The notes: generated from the letters alone by a model not told the origin. Shown: positions 15,397 to 24,370, counted from the first letter of the stretch. The stretch is 64,000 nt of DNA from Parcubacteria group bacterium (GCA_016203945.1 JACQLT010000002.1:797-64796), one strand, 5' to 3'. Translations and numbers: made by a program.

Positions 15397-15461
15397 GTCC
15401 TACCATTAGCCTCGCCCGTAGGCCAGTAGCCTTCGGGCTACGGCCGAGGGACGATCCCGCA
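15397..15461 (-). pseudogene. orphan tRNA-Gln 5' fragment interrupted by a 41-nt GC-rich hairpin
   Basis: TGCGGGATCGT + CCCTCGGCCGTAGCCCGAAGGCTACTGGCCTACGGGCGAGG + CTAATGGTAGGAC. No anticodon or T arm follows. Confidence 0.6.
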
Positions 15462-15482
15462 AAGTAGTGGACTGCGGTGCGA

Positions 15483-16394
15483 TTATACCTCCAAATACCG
15501 CCTCATTGCAATGGCGGCAGACAAGACGCCAAGGCCAATGCCGAGCACAAGCTGGAGGAGGAGGATGAGGAAGATGTTGGATAGGAAATAGCCTGCCAGG
15601 TTGAATCCCGGAAGCAGACGTTCCACGAATCCGCTGATGAGGAATACCGGAACCATGAACAGCAGGGTGGTGACAATGCTTGCGATGACGCCTATCATGG
15701 CTCCCTGCATGAAGAAGGGCCCCCGGATGAAGGCGTTTGAAGCTCCCACCAGGCGCATCACCTCAATCTCTTTTCTCGCGTGGTATATGGCAAGGCGGGT
15801 AGTATTGAATGCCACGAGCACTACCGCAATGCCGAACAGGAGCACCACGAGGAATCCGATCGTCTGAATGCCCGTTGTCAGGGCCCCTATCTTTTCAATC
15901 GTGGGCCGGCGGTCCTGATAGTCAATCTTCTCAATGATGGAAGCGGAATCCCCTCTCTGCAGCGCGTCCACCACCTTCGCGTAGTCCCCCTGCTCCCAGG
16001 TGCGGATGTTCAAAGAAGCAAGCAAAGGGTTCCTTCCCACTTCCTGGAGAGAAGACAGAATGACGGGATCGTTCTGATTCGCTTCGGTGAACTTCTTGAG
16101 CGCGTCCTCCTGGGAGACGTACTTTACGTCCCTAATCTCTGGAAGCTGGAGGAGCTGGGTCTGCACATCCAGAATGTTTTGCTCTGGAGTTTCCTTGAGA
16201 AAGTACGCGCTCACGTCAACGCGGCTCTCTAAAGCAAGCACCAGGAATGACGTGGCTCCCCGCACCAGGAACAGCGTTGTCGCCCCGGAAAGCGTGAGCA
16301 CCATAATGAACAGCAGGGCCATGGAAGAGCCCTTGTCCCTCAAAAAGCTCTGGTATCCGTACCTGGCGATGCGTTTTAATGAGACGAAAAACAT
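15483..16394 (-). CDS. ftsX: cell division permease FtsX
   Basis: TM1, extracellular domain, then three C-terminal TM helices. ATG 16394 (MFFVSLKRIARYGYQ) lies 4 nt after the ftsE stop. Confidence 0.85.
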   Translation of the reverse strand: MFFVSLKRIARYGYQSFLRDKGSSMALLFIMVLTLSGATTLFLVRGATSFLVLALESRVDVSAYFLKETPEQNILDVQTQLLQLPEIRDVKYVSQEDALKKFTEANQNDPVILSSLQEVGRNPLLASLNIRTWEQGDYAKVVDALQRGDSASIIEKIDYQDRRPTIEKIGALTTGIQTIGFLVVLLFGIAVVLVAFNTTRLAIYHARKEIEVMRLVGASNAFIRGPFFMQGAMIGVIASIVTTLLFMVPVFLISGFVERLLPGFNLAGYFLSNIFLILLLQLVLGIGLGVLSAAIAMRRYLEV

Positions 16395-16398
16395 ATGA

Positions 16399-17082
16399 TT
16401 AGATGACGAATCTTCCTTTTTGCTCGTCTCGTATGAGACGGCCCTGATCAAGCGTGAGTACGCGTTTTCCCAGACGGTTAATCACTTCTTTGTTGTGGGT
16501 GGCAAGAATGATAGTGGTTCCGAGCTCGTTAATCTTCAGCAGCAGATGAATGATGTCTCTCGTATGGTACGGGTCCAAGTTGCCGGTGGGCTCGTCTGCG
16601 ACGATAACGCCGGGGCGGTGAATAAGGGCACGCGCTATGGCGACGCGCTGTTTCTCTCCTCCGGAAAGCTGGTCCGGGAAATGGTCGGATCTGTCGCTCA
16701 GTCCCACGATGCGTAGCACCTCGGTAACGTCTCTCGCAATCTCCTCTTCTTCAGCTCCCATAACCTCCATGACGTAAGCGATGTTCTCGTAGGCGGTCTT
16801 GTGGGGCAGCAGGCGGTAATCCTGGAACACCATACCGATCTTCCTTCTGAAATCAGGTAGGCGGGAAGGGCGTATTCCTCCTATATTCCCTCCATCCACG
16901 AGGACGCGCCCCGAGCTTGGCTTCTCTTCCGCAAGCAGGAGCTTGAGCAAGGTCGTCTTTCCCGCTCCCGATTTTCCGACGACGGAGACGAACTCTCCTT
17001 GATCAATGGAAAAGGAGATATCTTCCAGCGCGACTGATCCTGGCGGATACACCTTGCTGACTCGTTCAAAAACAATGTTCAT
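16399..17082 (-). CDS. ftsE: cell division ATP-binding protein FtsE
   Basis: GKSGAGKTT, LSGGEKQRVAIARAL, VIVADEPTGNLD. Confidence 0.92.
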   Translation of the reverse strand: MNIVFERVSKVYPPGSVALEDISFSIDQGEFVSVVGKSGAGKTTLLKLLLAEEKPSSGRVLVDGGNIGGIRPSRLPDFRRKIGMVFQDYRLLPHKTAYENIAYVMEVMGAEEEEIARDVTEVLRIVGLSDRSDHFPDQLSGGEKQRVAIARALIHRPGVIVADEPTGNLDPYHTRDIIHLLLKINELGTTIILATHNKEVINRLGKRVLTLDQGRLIRDEQKGRFVI

Positions 17083-17087
17083 CGGTT

Positions 17088-18180
17088 CTAGTATAGCAGA
17101 CGGAGCTCGGCTTCGATAAACTCGTCCAGGTCGCCATCCAGCACAGCTTGCGTGTCTGAAGTTTCAATGCCGGTCCTCATGTCTTTTATCATCTGATAGG
17201 GATGCAGTACGTATGACCTGATCTGGCTCCCCCATTCAATGCTGGATTTCTGGCCCCTGAGCTTTGCCAGTTCCCCCTGTCGCTCCTGCTCTTTGAGCGC
17301 ATACAGCTTTCCCATAAGCTGCTCCATCGCTTTCTGCCGGTTCTCCTGCTGGGTTCTTTGCGTTTGAGAGCCCACAATAATGCCGGTTGCAAGATGCGTA
17401 ATACGTATTGCGGTTTCCCGCTTGTTTACGTTCTGGCCTCCGGGGCCAGAGGCCCGGAACACATCCACACGGATTTCTTCTGGCTTAACCCGAATTTCTT
17501 CTTCTGCGGATTCTGTAATGCGCGGAATCACTTCTACTGCGGCAAACGAAGTGTGGCGGAGTTGTTGGGCCGAAAACGGAGATATGCGCACCAACCGGTG
17601 CACTCCGCTCTCGCGCTTCAGTTGCCCAAACACATACTGCCCTTTGATTTCAAGCGAAACCTGCTTGGTGCCGATCCTGCCTTCTGGTCCCGGATCTCCA
17701 AATGATTGGCTCAGGATCTGCGTATTCCATCGTTTTTTCTGGCAGTAGCGCTCGTACATGCGCAACATCATGGTTGCCCAGTCTTGAGCCTCCTGTCCTC
17801 CGGCTCCCGCGGTAATGGTGAGAATTGCGTCGTTCCGATCATATGTTCCCGACAAGAATATTTTGCGTTCTTCTTGCGCGATACTTTGCTCAAGCGGTGC
17901 AAGCTGACCGGCCATCTCGCCGTCTCCCGCAAGCTCCAAGAACTCACGGATTTCCTGAACCTGTTTCTTGAGCCGCTCTATGCTTTGACTGGCTTCTCTG
18001 AGCTGATCGAGCTCTTTGCTCAGCTGCACCGCGCGCTCTTTGTCCTGCCAGAAATTCGGAGACTCAACAAGCGTTTCCAATTCTTTAATCCGCTTCTCCT
18101 TCTTTCCAACGTCAAAGACGGTCCGCCAGCTGGCGGATCTTATCTTCCAACTCGTTCAAATGCTCCAACGTTCCTTTCAT
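17088..18180 (-). CDS. prfB: peptide chain release factor 2 (requires a programmed +1 frameshift at 18111-18117)
   Basis: SPF (RISPFSAQ) and GGQ (SGPGGQNVNK). Frame 0 reads MKGTLEHLNELEDKIRQLADRL then TGA. The +1 frame continues DVGKKEKRIKELETLVES..., joining the 330-aa ORF. Confidence 0.92.
18111..18117 (-). promoter_or_regulatory. RF2 autoregulatory +1 frameshift site CTT TGA C
   Basis: rc of 18111-18117 = CTTTGAC, the canonical prfB shift heptamer. Confidence 0.85.
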
Positions 18181-18203
18181 GCGTCCATCATACCCGAATA
18201 GTG

Positions 18204-18247
18204 AAAAAAATCAATAAAAAGAGAGCCAGCAATGGCATTGCCGGCTC
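18204..18247 (-). terminator. rho-independent terminator after the 64-aa ORF
   Basis: GAGCCGGCAATG-C-CATTGCTGGCTC followed by TCTTTTTATTGATTTTTTT. Confidence 0.7.
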
Positions 18248-18255
18248 ATGTGCGA

Positions 18256-18450
18256 TCAGAAAGAACGAGGTTGTTCCTCCATCCCTCGAACCCCTAGGGG
18301 GAGAAGGCGATTCCCCATATCCCGAAAATCCGTCCCTGGAGCTGTTTCCACTAATTTTGGCGAGGGAAGGTATATATGCTTATGTGTCCTCCCCGGCCAA
18401 TCTGAACAGTTACATCTCCTCTCCACTCTGATGGGCTTTTCTTTTGGCAT
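18256..18450 (-). CDS. hypothetical 64-aa basic protein
   Basis: MPKEKPIRVERRCNCSDWPGRTHKHIYLPSPKLVE... Strong SD GGGGAGGAG 5 nt upstream of ATG 18450. Own promoter and terminator. Confidence 0.55.
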   Translation of the reverse strand: MPKEKPIRVERRCNCSDWPGRTHKHIYLPSPKLVETAPGTDFRDMGNRLLPLGVRGMEEQPRSF

Positions 18451-18495
18451 CGAGCTCCTCCCCTTTGTATGCTGTGCCAAGACCTACCTTACAAT

Positions 18496-18524
18496 AATTT
18501 ATACGCTCAAGAAATATATGTCAA
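18496..18524 (-). promoter_or_regulatory. promoter TTGACA-N17-TAAATT for the 64-aa ORF
   Basis: rc of 18519-18524 = TTGACA and rc of 18496-18501 = TAAATT. Confidence 0.5.
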
Positions 18525-18549
18525 GCCGATTCCATTTTTATCCCATTAG

Positions 18550-18621
18550 AGCCGATGGTCGGATTCGAACCGACGACCTACTCTTTACGAAAGAGTTGCT
18601 CTACCACTGAGCTACATCGGC
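18550..18621 (-). tRNA. tRNA-Thr (anticodon CGU)
   Basis: GCCGATG-TA-GCTC-AGTGGTA-GAGC-A-ACTCT-TTCGTAA-AGAGT-AGGTC-GTCGG-TTCGAAT-CCGAC-CATCGGC-T. Confidence 0.9.
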
Positions 18622-18627
18622 ATCATG

Positions 18628-18698
18628 AGCGAGAGACGGGAATCGAACCCGCGTATCTTGCTTGGGAAGCAAGCGTACTGCCATTGTACTACTCTCGC
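18628..18698 (-). tRNA. tRNA-Gly (anticodon CCC)
   Basis: GCGAGAG-TA-GTAC-AATGGCA-GTAC-G-CTTGC-TTCCCAA-GCAAG-ATAC-GCGGG-TTCGATT-CCCGT-CTCTCGC-T. Confidence 0.9.
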
Positions 18699-19084
18699 GA
18701 GAACCACGTCCTGGGATCCCACCACACCTTAGAGGGCTTGCCTTGCGCTTCCGGCTTTGGCTCTTCTGGCACCACGGTGATGACCTGCTCTCCCGGCTTC
18801 TGGTACAATCCTTTTTCCCGAAGAATCTTCTCTTGATATTCCGGCTGCTGCCCTTGTGTAATATTCGTCTCAAGTTCCGCTTTCTGCGCCTCTAGAGCTT
18901 CTTTCTGCGATCTCAGCTCCTCTGTCTTTGACCGCAACTCCTGCGTCTTCCGGTAGAGCTGTATGTTGTTCACCAGCAGTACCCCTCCTATTCCAGCTAC
19001 CAAGAACAAGAATAGCCCCGCAAGAAAGAGATTCTGGAATCTTGAAGAGCGCGGATGGAACGATTGTTTCCGCTTGGCTTTCAC
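18689..19084 (-). CDS. septum formation initiator (FtsB/DivIC-like)
   Basis: Basic N-terminus, one TM, a coiled coil, and EKILREKGLYQKPGEQVI resembling the DivIC/FtsB C-terminal motif. The 3' end overlaps tRNA-Gly by 10 nt. Confidence 0.65.
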   Translation of the reverse strand: MKAKRKQSFHPRSSRFQNLFLAGLFLFLVAGIGGVLLVNNIQLYRKTQELRSKTEELRSQKEALEAQKAELETNITQGQQPEYQEKILREKGLYQKPGEQVITVVPEEPKPEAQGKPSKVWWDPRTWFSRE

Positions 19085-19096
19085 CAGGCCATCCTA

Positions 19097-20917
19097 CTAC
19101 TCATTTCTGAAAATTTCAAGAAACACTCGGGCGGGAATCCGGATGCGGGCCTTTCCCGCAAGCTCCTTCTTCCCTTCCTTTTGGCGTTCCAAAAGTTTCC
19201 GTTTTCTTGTCACGTCTCCCCCATATAGGGGGGCGGTCACGTCCCGACGCTGAGCTCCAATGGTTTCGCGGGCGATGATCTTTCCGCCCAGGGCTGCTTG
19301 CAAGGGCACTACGAACAGCTGCTTTGGCAAAAGCTTCTTGAGCTTTGCGACCAATACTTTCCCTTCCTGGTACGCCCTGCCCACGGGAACTATCTGGCTG
19401 AGCTCTTCTCGCTTGACCCCTGCCACCAGCACGTCAAGCTTTACGAGATCAGCCGGCTGCATGCCTATAATCTCATACTCTAAGGAAGCCAAGCCCGAAC
19501 TCGCGCTCTTGAGACGGTCGTGCAGGTTCTGGATCAATTCCCTCAAGGGAAACTCATACACCAGAACCGTGGTCTGGTCTCCAAGATATCTCATCTCTAC
19601 CTGTTTCCCTTCTGCGGCTTCCAGCACCTGAAGCGTGCCGGAAAAAGCAGCAGGAGGAGCCAATACCTCAACCCTCGCCCAGGGTTCTTTGATCTGCTGT
19701 ATCTGGCTGGGATCTAACCAATCGCCAGCAGACTTTACCAGGAGCTCCCTGCCCCTGGTGTCCGTAATCTGGTACTCAACTGAAGGGCGGGAAAGCACGA
19801 GCTCTAATCCGAACTCGCGTTTCAAGCGCTCAGCTATGATCTCAGAATGGAGGACTCCGAGAAATCCGCAGCGGAATCCCCTGCCCAAGGCATCTCGGAA
19901 CTCCTGCTCAAAGGTAAACGAGGGATCTTGCAAATGGAGCTTGCGGAATCCTTCGCGCAAGACGTCAAAATCGTTGGGGTCTTCGGGATAGAAGCTCACG
20001 AATACCACGGGTTTTGGAATTTTGAATCCCGGAAGCGCTTGCGCATAACTTTGAGTTTTTGCATGTGAGCCTTCTGTTATGGTGTCTCCGATACGTACCT
20101 TGTCCGATTCTTTCACGCCAGTTGCGATATATCCAATTTCTCCCGTATGCAGAACGGGGATGGGTTCCCGGCCCGGGATGAAATATCCGACTTCTTTGGC
20201 GAATGCCGGAGTTTTAGAGCCCAGTAAAAACAGCTTATCTGTCTGCTTCACCTCTCCCTCCATCACCCGCACGTGCGCCACGACTCCCAGGTGCGCGTCG
20301 TGGAGCGAGTCAAAGATGAGCGCCCGCAAAGGAACCTCAGCACTGCCTTGCGGAGAAGGAACCCGCTCCACCACCGCTCCCAGTAACTCCTCCACGTTCA
20401 GGCCCTGTTTGGCTGAGATTCTGAAGATCTCCTCCTTCTGAATCTGAAGCATCTCTGCTAGCTCTTGCGCAACTTCCTCGGTCCGTGCCGAAGGCAGGTC
20501 TATTTTATTCACCGCGGGAATGATTGCCAAACCCTGCTGCTTTGCCAATCTCAGGTTGGCCAATGTCTGCGCCTGCACCCCTTTGGCCGCGTCCACCAGA
20601 AGTATGGCTCCTTCCACGGCAGCCAGGGACCTAGAAACTTCATATGAGAAATCTACGTGGCCAGGAGTATCAATGAGGTTGAGTATATACTCAACTGATT
20701 TATGCCGATAAAGCATCCTTACGGGCTGCATCTTGATGGTAATCCCCTTTTCGCGCTCCAAAGGCATCAAATCCAAAAACTGCTCTTGCATCTTGCGCTT
20801 TTCTATGGTGCCGGTGATGTCCAGCAGCCGGTCAGCTAACGTGGATTTTCCATGGTCTACATGGGCAATGATGACAAAATTGCGAATGTGCTCTTGTCTT
20901 AAAGATCTTTCAGACAT
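19097..20917 (-). CDS. lepA: translation elongation factor 4 (LepA)
   Basis: IIAHVDHGKSTLADRL, DTPGHVDF, NKID, and the LepA C-terminal domain. ATG 20917 lies just after the murJ stop. Confidence 0.95.
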   Translation of the reverse strand: MSERSLRQEHIRNFVIIAHVDHGKSTLADRLLDITGTIEKRKMQEQFLDLMPLEREKGITIKMQPVRMLYRHKSVEYILNLIDTPGHVDFSYEVSRSLAAVEGAILLVDAAKGVQAQTLANLRLAKQQGLAIIPAVNKIDLPSARTEEVAQELAEMLQIQKEEIFRISAKQGLNVEELLGAVVERVPSPQGSAEVPLRALIFDSLHDAHLGVVAHVRVMEGEVKQTDKLFLLGSKTPAFAKEVGYFIPGREPIPVLHTGEIGYIATGVKESDKVRIGDTITEGSHAKTQSYAQALPGFKIPKPVVFVSFYPEDPNDFDVLREGFRKLHLQDPSFTFEQEFRDALGRGFRCGFLGVLHSEIIAERLKREFGLELVLSRPSVEYQITDTRGRELLVKSAGDWLDPSQIQQIKEPWARVEVLAPPAAFSGTLQVLEAAEGKQVEMRYLGDQTTVLVYEFPLRELIQNLHDRLKSASSGLASLEYEIIGMQPADLVKLDVLVAGVKREELSQIVPVGRAYQEGKVLVAKLKKLLPKQLFVVPLQAALGGKIIARETIGAQRRDVTAPLYGGDVTRKRKLLERQKEGKKELAGKARIRIPARVFLEIFRNE

Positions 20918-20921
20918 GGAG

Positions 20922-22313
20922 TTATGGCTGCAGCGCAGCAAGCTTCTTTCTCAAGAACAATGCGAGCGTGCCGCACTGAAAGAGGCCTGAAAGGAACAGC
21001 GCGAATGGAAACGCGAGCACCCGCGCGTCAGCGCCCTGTTCAAGCGAAAGAAAAGAACTCATCTGAGAAGGAATTCCGGAAGTTTGAATGATTGAAATCA
21101 AAGAAACCGCAAAGAATATGTTGAGCGCGACTGAAGACAAACCGATGATGGTTGGGGTCTTGGTGTCCTGCATGGCAAAAAACGCTCTCGCCAAAAGCGG
21201 AATGAGAGCTTGGAATACGACGCCCAGCGCAAACACGCCGAGGAGAGCCGCGGTAAGATTGACTTCTGTCTCGCCGAAGTTTCCCATGCTGTAGGCGAAC
21301 CGCACGGCCTCTTTACGAAACAAGAACAGCATACCCGCCAAAGGAAGAACCAAATATACCACATGCTTGAATGCGGAAATAAACGCTCGGCTCATCTCCT
21401 GAGTTTTTTTCTCCGCGAAGGCTCGCGACAACGCGGGAAACGCAGCTATGGCAAAAGGCACGCCGATGAGATTTACCGGAAATGACTGAAGATCATTCGC
21501 AAAAGTAAACACCGTGATGCTTCCTGCGGAAAGCAGGGAGGCCAGCGCGGTCATTGCAATGACGTTGAACTGGTATCCCATGGCTCCCGGGATGCGGGGA
21601 AGCGCAAGGCGCAGGACGCGGGCGATCGCAGGGTCTTTGGGCCGGAACCTGAATTTCCAGACGAATCCGGAGGCAAAAAAAGAAGGGAGTTGGATGAGAA
21701 GATAGAGCGTAGCTCCCGCCACCACGCCAATGCCAACTCCCAGCACTCCGATGGAAGGGGCTAAGAACAGGATGCCGGCAATAATGCCCAAGTTATACAG
21801 CACGGGAGCCAAGGCGTATGCGATAAAGCGGTTGTGATACTGCAGTACTCCAGAAAGCAAAGATGAAATTCCAAACAGCACCGGGCTCAAGAACAGCAGG
21901 CGCGTTAAGGTAATTGCAGATGCCTTTTGTTCGGGGCTGAATCCAGGAGCAATGAGTTCCATGAGCAAGGGGGCCATAATCGCAAGAAGAACACAGGCGG
22001 CTCCCAACACGACAAGCAGTACGTGGAGCAGATTGTTCACAAACTCCCATGCTTCTTCTTTTCTTCGCGCGGCATACTCTGCAAAAAGCGGCAGGAATGC
22101 CACGGTGATTCCTCCCATAATGACGATGCCGTAGATGAAGTCCGGAATCCGGAATGCTGCCAGATACACGTCGGTTTCCCCTCCTGCTCCGAACTGGCTT
22201 CCGAGCAAACGGTTGCGCACGAGCCCGAGAAACGCGCTTATCAATGAAGAAGCCGTCAGCACAAAGGCCGAAGTCCGCACATCCAGCGTTTTCAGATTCA
22301 AGAGATTTATCAT
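20922..22313 (-). CDS. murJ: lipid II flippase MurJ (MviN family)
   Basis: About 14 predicted TM helices, LGLVRNRLLGSQFGAGGETDVYLAAFRIPDF. Start moved to ATG 22313 because the longer ORF runs into the rnpB terminator. Confidence 0.85.
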   Translation of the reverse strand: MINLLNLKTLDVRTSAFVLTASSLISAFLGLVRNRLLGSQFGAGGETDVYLAAFRIPDFIYGIVIMGGITVAFLPLFAEYAARRKEEAWEFVNNLLHVLLVVLGAACVLLAIMAPLLMELIAPGFSPEQKASAITLTRLLFLSPVLFGISSLLSGVLQYHNRFIAYALAPVLYNLGIIAGILFLAPSIGVLGVGIGVVAGATLYLLIQLPSFFASGFVWKFRFRPKDPAIARVLRLALPRIPGAMGYQFNVIAMTALASLLSAGSITVFTFANDLQSFPVNLIGVPFAIAAFPALSRAFAEKKTQEMSRAFISAFKHVVYLVLPLAGMLFLFRKEAVRFAYSMGNFGETEVNLTAALLGVFALGVVFQALIPLLARAFFAMQDTKTPTIIGLSSVALNIFFAVSLISIIQTSGIPSQMSSFLSLEQGADARVLAFPFALFLSGLFQCGTLALFLRKKLAALQP

Positions 22314-22344
22314 CTTTCTCACTATATCATAAAGAGGAAACGAA

Positions 22345-22370
22345 CCCCCCACCATTATTTTGGTGGGGGG
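22345..22370 (-). terminator. hairpin terminator after rnpB
   Basis: CCCCCCACC-AAAATAAT-GGTGGGGGG followed by TTCGTTTCCTCTTT. Confidence 0.55.
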
Positions 22371-22371
22371 A

Positions 22372-22760
22372 ACGACGAGTTGCCAGTAAGCCGAATTCTG
22401 TTCCGCCAACTGGCGGATGGCAATCATCTATCTGGGCCGACTGTTGCCAGCGGGCTCAAGCAAGCTACCTTTGCACAGAAGCTCTACAGGTAAGCAAAAC
22501 TTCTGGTTTGCTCTTGCACTCAGGTAAGGATTTAGCCGTTTCACTCCCAAAATTGCTTTTGGGACTCGCCCCGTCATGCTTGCCCCGTCGAATGACGGAG
22601 CGACGGGGCGGTCTTCAGCTTTCGCTTCAGACCGTCTCTGCTCGCACCTCTCGGATTGCTCCGGACGGGCGTTACCCGCTACCTGTGATCTCGTAAAGAG
22701 AACTGAGTGTTCGGACTTTCCTCCCCGCAGAATCTGCGGAGTGATTGCCTCGGCAACTCG
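22372..22760 (-). ncRNA. rnpB: RNase P RNA (bacterial type A)
   Basis: rc contains GGGGAGGAAAGTCCGAACAC (CR-I), GGTAACGCCCG, GGGAGTGAAACGG, GCTTGCTTGAGCC, CAGATAGATGATTGCC and ACAGAATTCGGCTTAC (CR-V). P1 pairs CGAGTTGCC with GGCAACTCG. Confidence 0.9.
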
Positions 22761-22764
22761 TGAT

Positions 22765-23223
22765 TCAGAGCATAGTACGCAAACCTTTGTTTGTCAAGGC
22801 CTCATCCAATGCCTCGTTGACCATAGCGTCAGCCACCTTGTTCTGTTCTCTGGGCACCGCTTCAAAAGAGACGCTCTTGAAGTCCAGTTTGAGATTCCAG
22901 AGCTGAAGAAAAAACTGCTGCGTGGTTGGATGCTCCACCTTATACCTCCCCGTCATCTGTTTGACCATGAGTTCTGAGTCAGCGCGCACGAGCACATCCG
23001 CCTTCTTTGTTTTTCCTTTTCCAATGAGAGCTTTCAGTTTCTTGAGGGCTGAGATTGCCGCTCTGTACTCTGCTTCGTTATTCGTCGTTGTTCCCAAAAA
23101 CTCTCCTTGCTTCTTTATCAGGCGCCCTTGCGTATCATAGATGGCAAATCCCAAGGCAGCCGGGCCCGGGTTTCCCCGCGCTCCCCCGTCCGTATACAGG
23201 ACAAACGAATTATATTCGGACAT
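22765..23223 (-). CDS. rnhA: ribonuclease HI
   Basis: LYTDGGARGNPGPAALG, TNNEAEYRA, D/E catalytic pattern. Confidence 0.88.
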   Translation of the reverse strand: MSEYNSFVLYTDGGARGNPGPAALGFAIYDTQGRLIKKQGEFLGTTTNNEAEYRAAISALKKLKALIGKGKTKKADVLVRADSELMVKQMTGRYKVEHPTTQQFFLQLWNLKLDFKSVSFEAVPREQNKVADAMVNEALDEALTNKGLRTML

Positions 23224-24370
23224 GGGTTTTAAAATAGTCGGCTAAACACGCGTTAAATTTTTCCAGGTTCTCGTTTTTCAGCCTAAAGCCCGATGCCGGA
23301 GAATGCCCTCCGTACCGCTCCAGCAAATCTTTGCATTGCTCCATGGCCTGCACCGTGTTGAATCCGGAAGAGGCCCGTGCGCTTCCCAGACTCCCTTCTT
23401 TACGCTTCTTGAACAGGAATACGGGTTTTGCTTCTTGGTTTGTAATAATAGAAGCAACGCTCCCCAGCAATTCGTAGTCAAACGATTCGTCTCCTTCAAA
23501 TACGAGAGGTTCCTCTTTTTTTAAGGCGATGCGTTTTCTCACCTCCTGGGCCAATTGGCGCACGCGTTCTCTTCTGATCTTGGTCTTCTGCGAAAAATCC
23601 TCCACCATCGCTCGCGCCTCGTCCATGGATTGCGTCGTGAGCAGGCGGAACCCGCCAGGATATCCATCTGCCATGTCGCGAACGTTCAGCAGACCTACCA
23701 TCTGCTCCATGGCAACCTGCCTACTTTCCCGCACCAGTTCCTCTTCACGTTCTAGGAACGCCCGAATGCCGGGTCTCCAGGATTCAAAGAAGGCATCCAT
23801 GCCCTGCTCTATGATCAAAAGATTGTCCTGCTGCCGGGGCATCATGTCAGCTACCGTACCCAATGCGGCGAGTTCAAGAAAACTCCTTTCAAGAGCGGGA
23901 GATAGTTTAGACCCGAGCATTGCTTTTGCGGTCAGGAACGCGAGTCCGCACGCGGCAAACCCTTTGAAGGGATACTCGTCTCCCGGCTGCTTGGGGTCCA
24001 CGACGATATCAGCTACAGGCACCCTTCCCAAGATCTCGTGATGATCAATGATGATCACTTCAAAGCCGAGCTTTTTTGCCTCTTTTACTTCTTCAAAGTT
24101 TCCGATGCCAAGATCTGCAACAATCAAGAGGGCGGGAGCCAAGTGCTTGAGCTCGGCTAATGCTTTCGGGGTAAGACCGTATCCATCGTGTTCCCGGTTG
24201 GGAAACGTCGTAGCGGCAACCGTTCCTCCGAGACTCTTGATCGCCTCTCCGAGAATAATGAGCGAAGAGATGCCGTCTAAGTCAGCGTCCCCGTACAGGA
24301 TGATGCGCTCTAATCTGACTGCCGCCTGCCTTATTCTTGCTGCAGCTTTTGTGAGATTCTTAATTTCCAT
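23210..24370 (-). CDS. DHH/DHHA1 phosphoesterase (RecJ-core / NrnA-like)
   Basis: GDADLDGISS, IIIDHH, GGHSPASGF. ATG 24370 (MEIKNLTK) is preferred over the longer ORF. Confidence 0.75.
   Translation of the reverse strand: MEIKNLTKAAARIRQAAVRLERIILYGDADLDGISSLIILGEAIKSLGGTVAATTFPNREHDGYGLTPKALAELKHLAPALLIVADLGIGNFEEVKEAKKLGFEVIIIDHHEILGRVPVADIVVDPKQPGDEYPFKGFAACGLAFLTAKAMLGSKLSPALERSFLELAALGTVADMMPRQQDNLLIIEQGMDAFFESWRPGIRAFLEREEELVRESRQVAMEQMVGLLNVRDMADGYPGGFRLLTTQSMDEARAMVEDFSQKTKIRRERVRQLAQEVRKRIALKKEEPLVFEGDESFDYELLGSVASIITNQEAKPVFLFKKRKEGSLGSARASSGFNTVQAMEQCKDLLERYGGHSPASGFRLKNENLEKFNACLADYFKTHVRI

Larger units (their letters stand above)
15135..15461 (-). mobile_element. GIY-YIG cassette bracketed by a duplicated 5' segment of tRNA-Gln
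   Basis: tRNA nt 1-24 (TGCGGGATCGTCTAATGGTAGGAC) occurs at 15149-15126 and again, split by a 41-nt hairpin, at 15461-15397. Confidence 0.5.

Noticed and set aside
17706-18431. 241-aa plus-strand ORF spanning the prfB 5' region and the 64-aa gene
   Set aside because: It is antisense to prfB (including the frameshift site) and runs through a promoter and a terminator. No motifs.
22154-22977. ORFs 22154..22696 (+), 22576..22977 (+) and the 5' extension of murJ to 22427
   Set aside because: The region 22372-22760 is RNase P RNA on the minus strand (CR-I and CR-V present). These ORFs are translations of a structured RNA gene and of the rnhA antisense.
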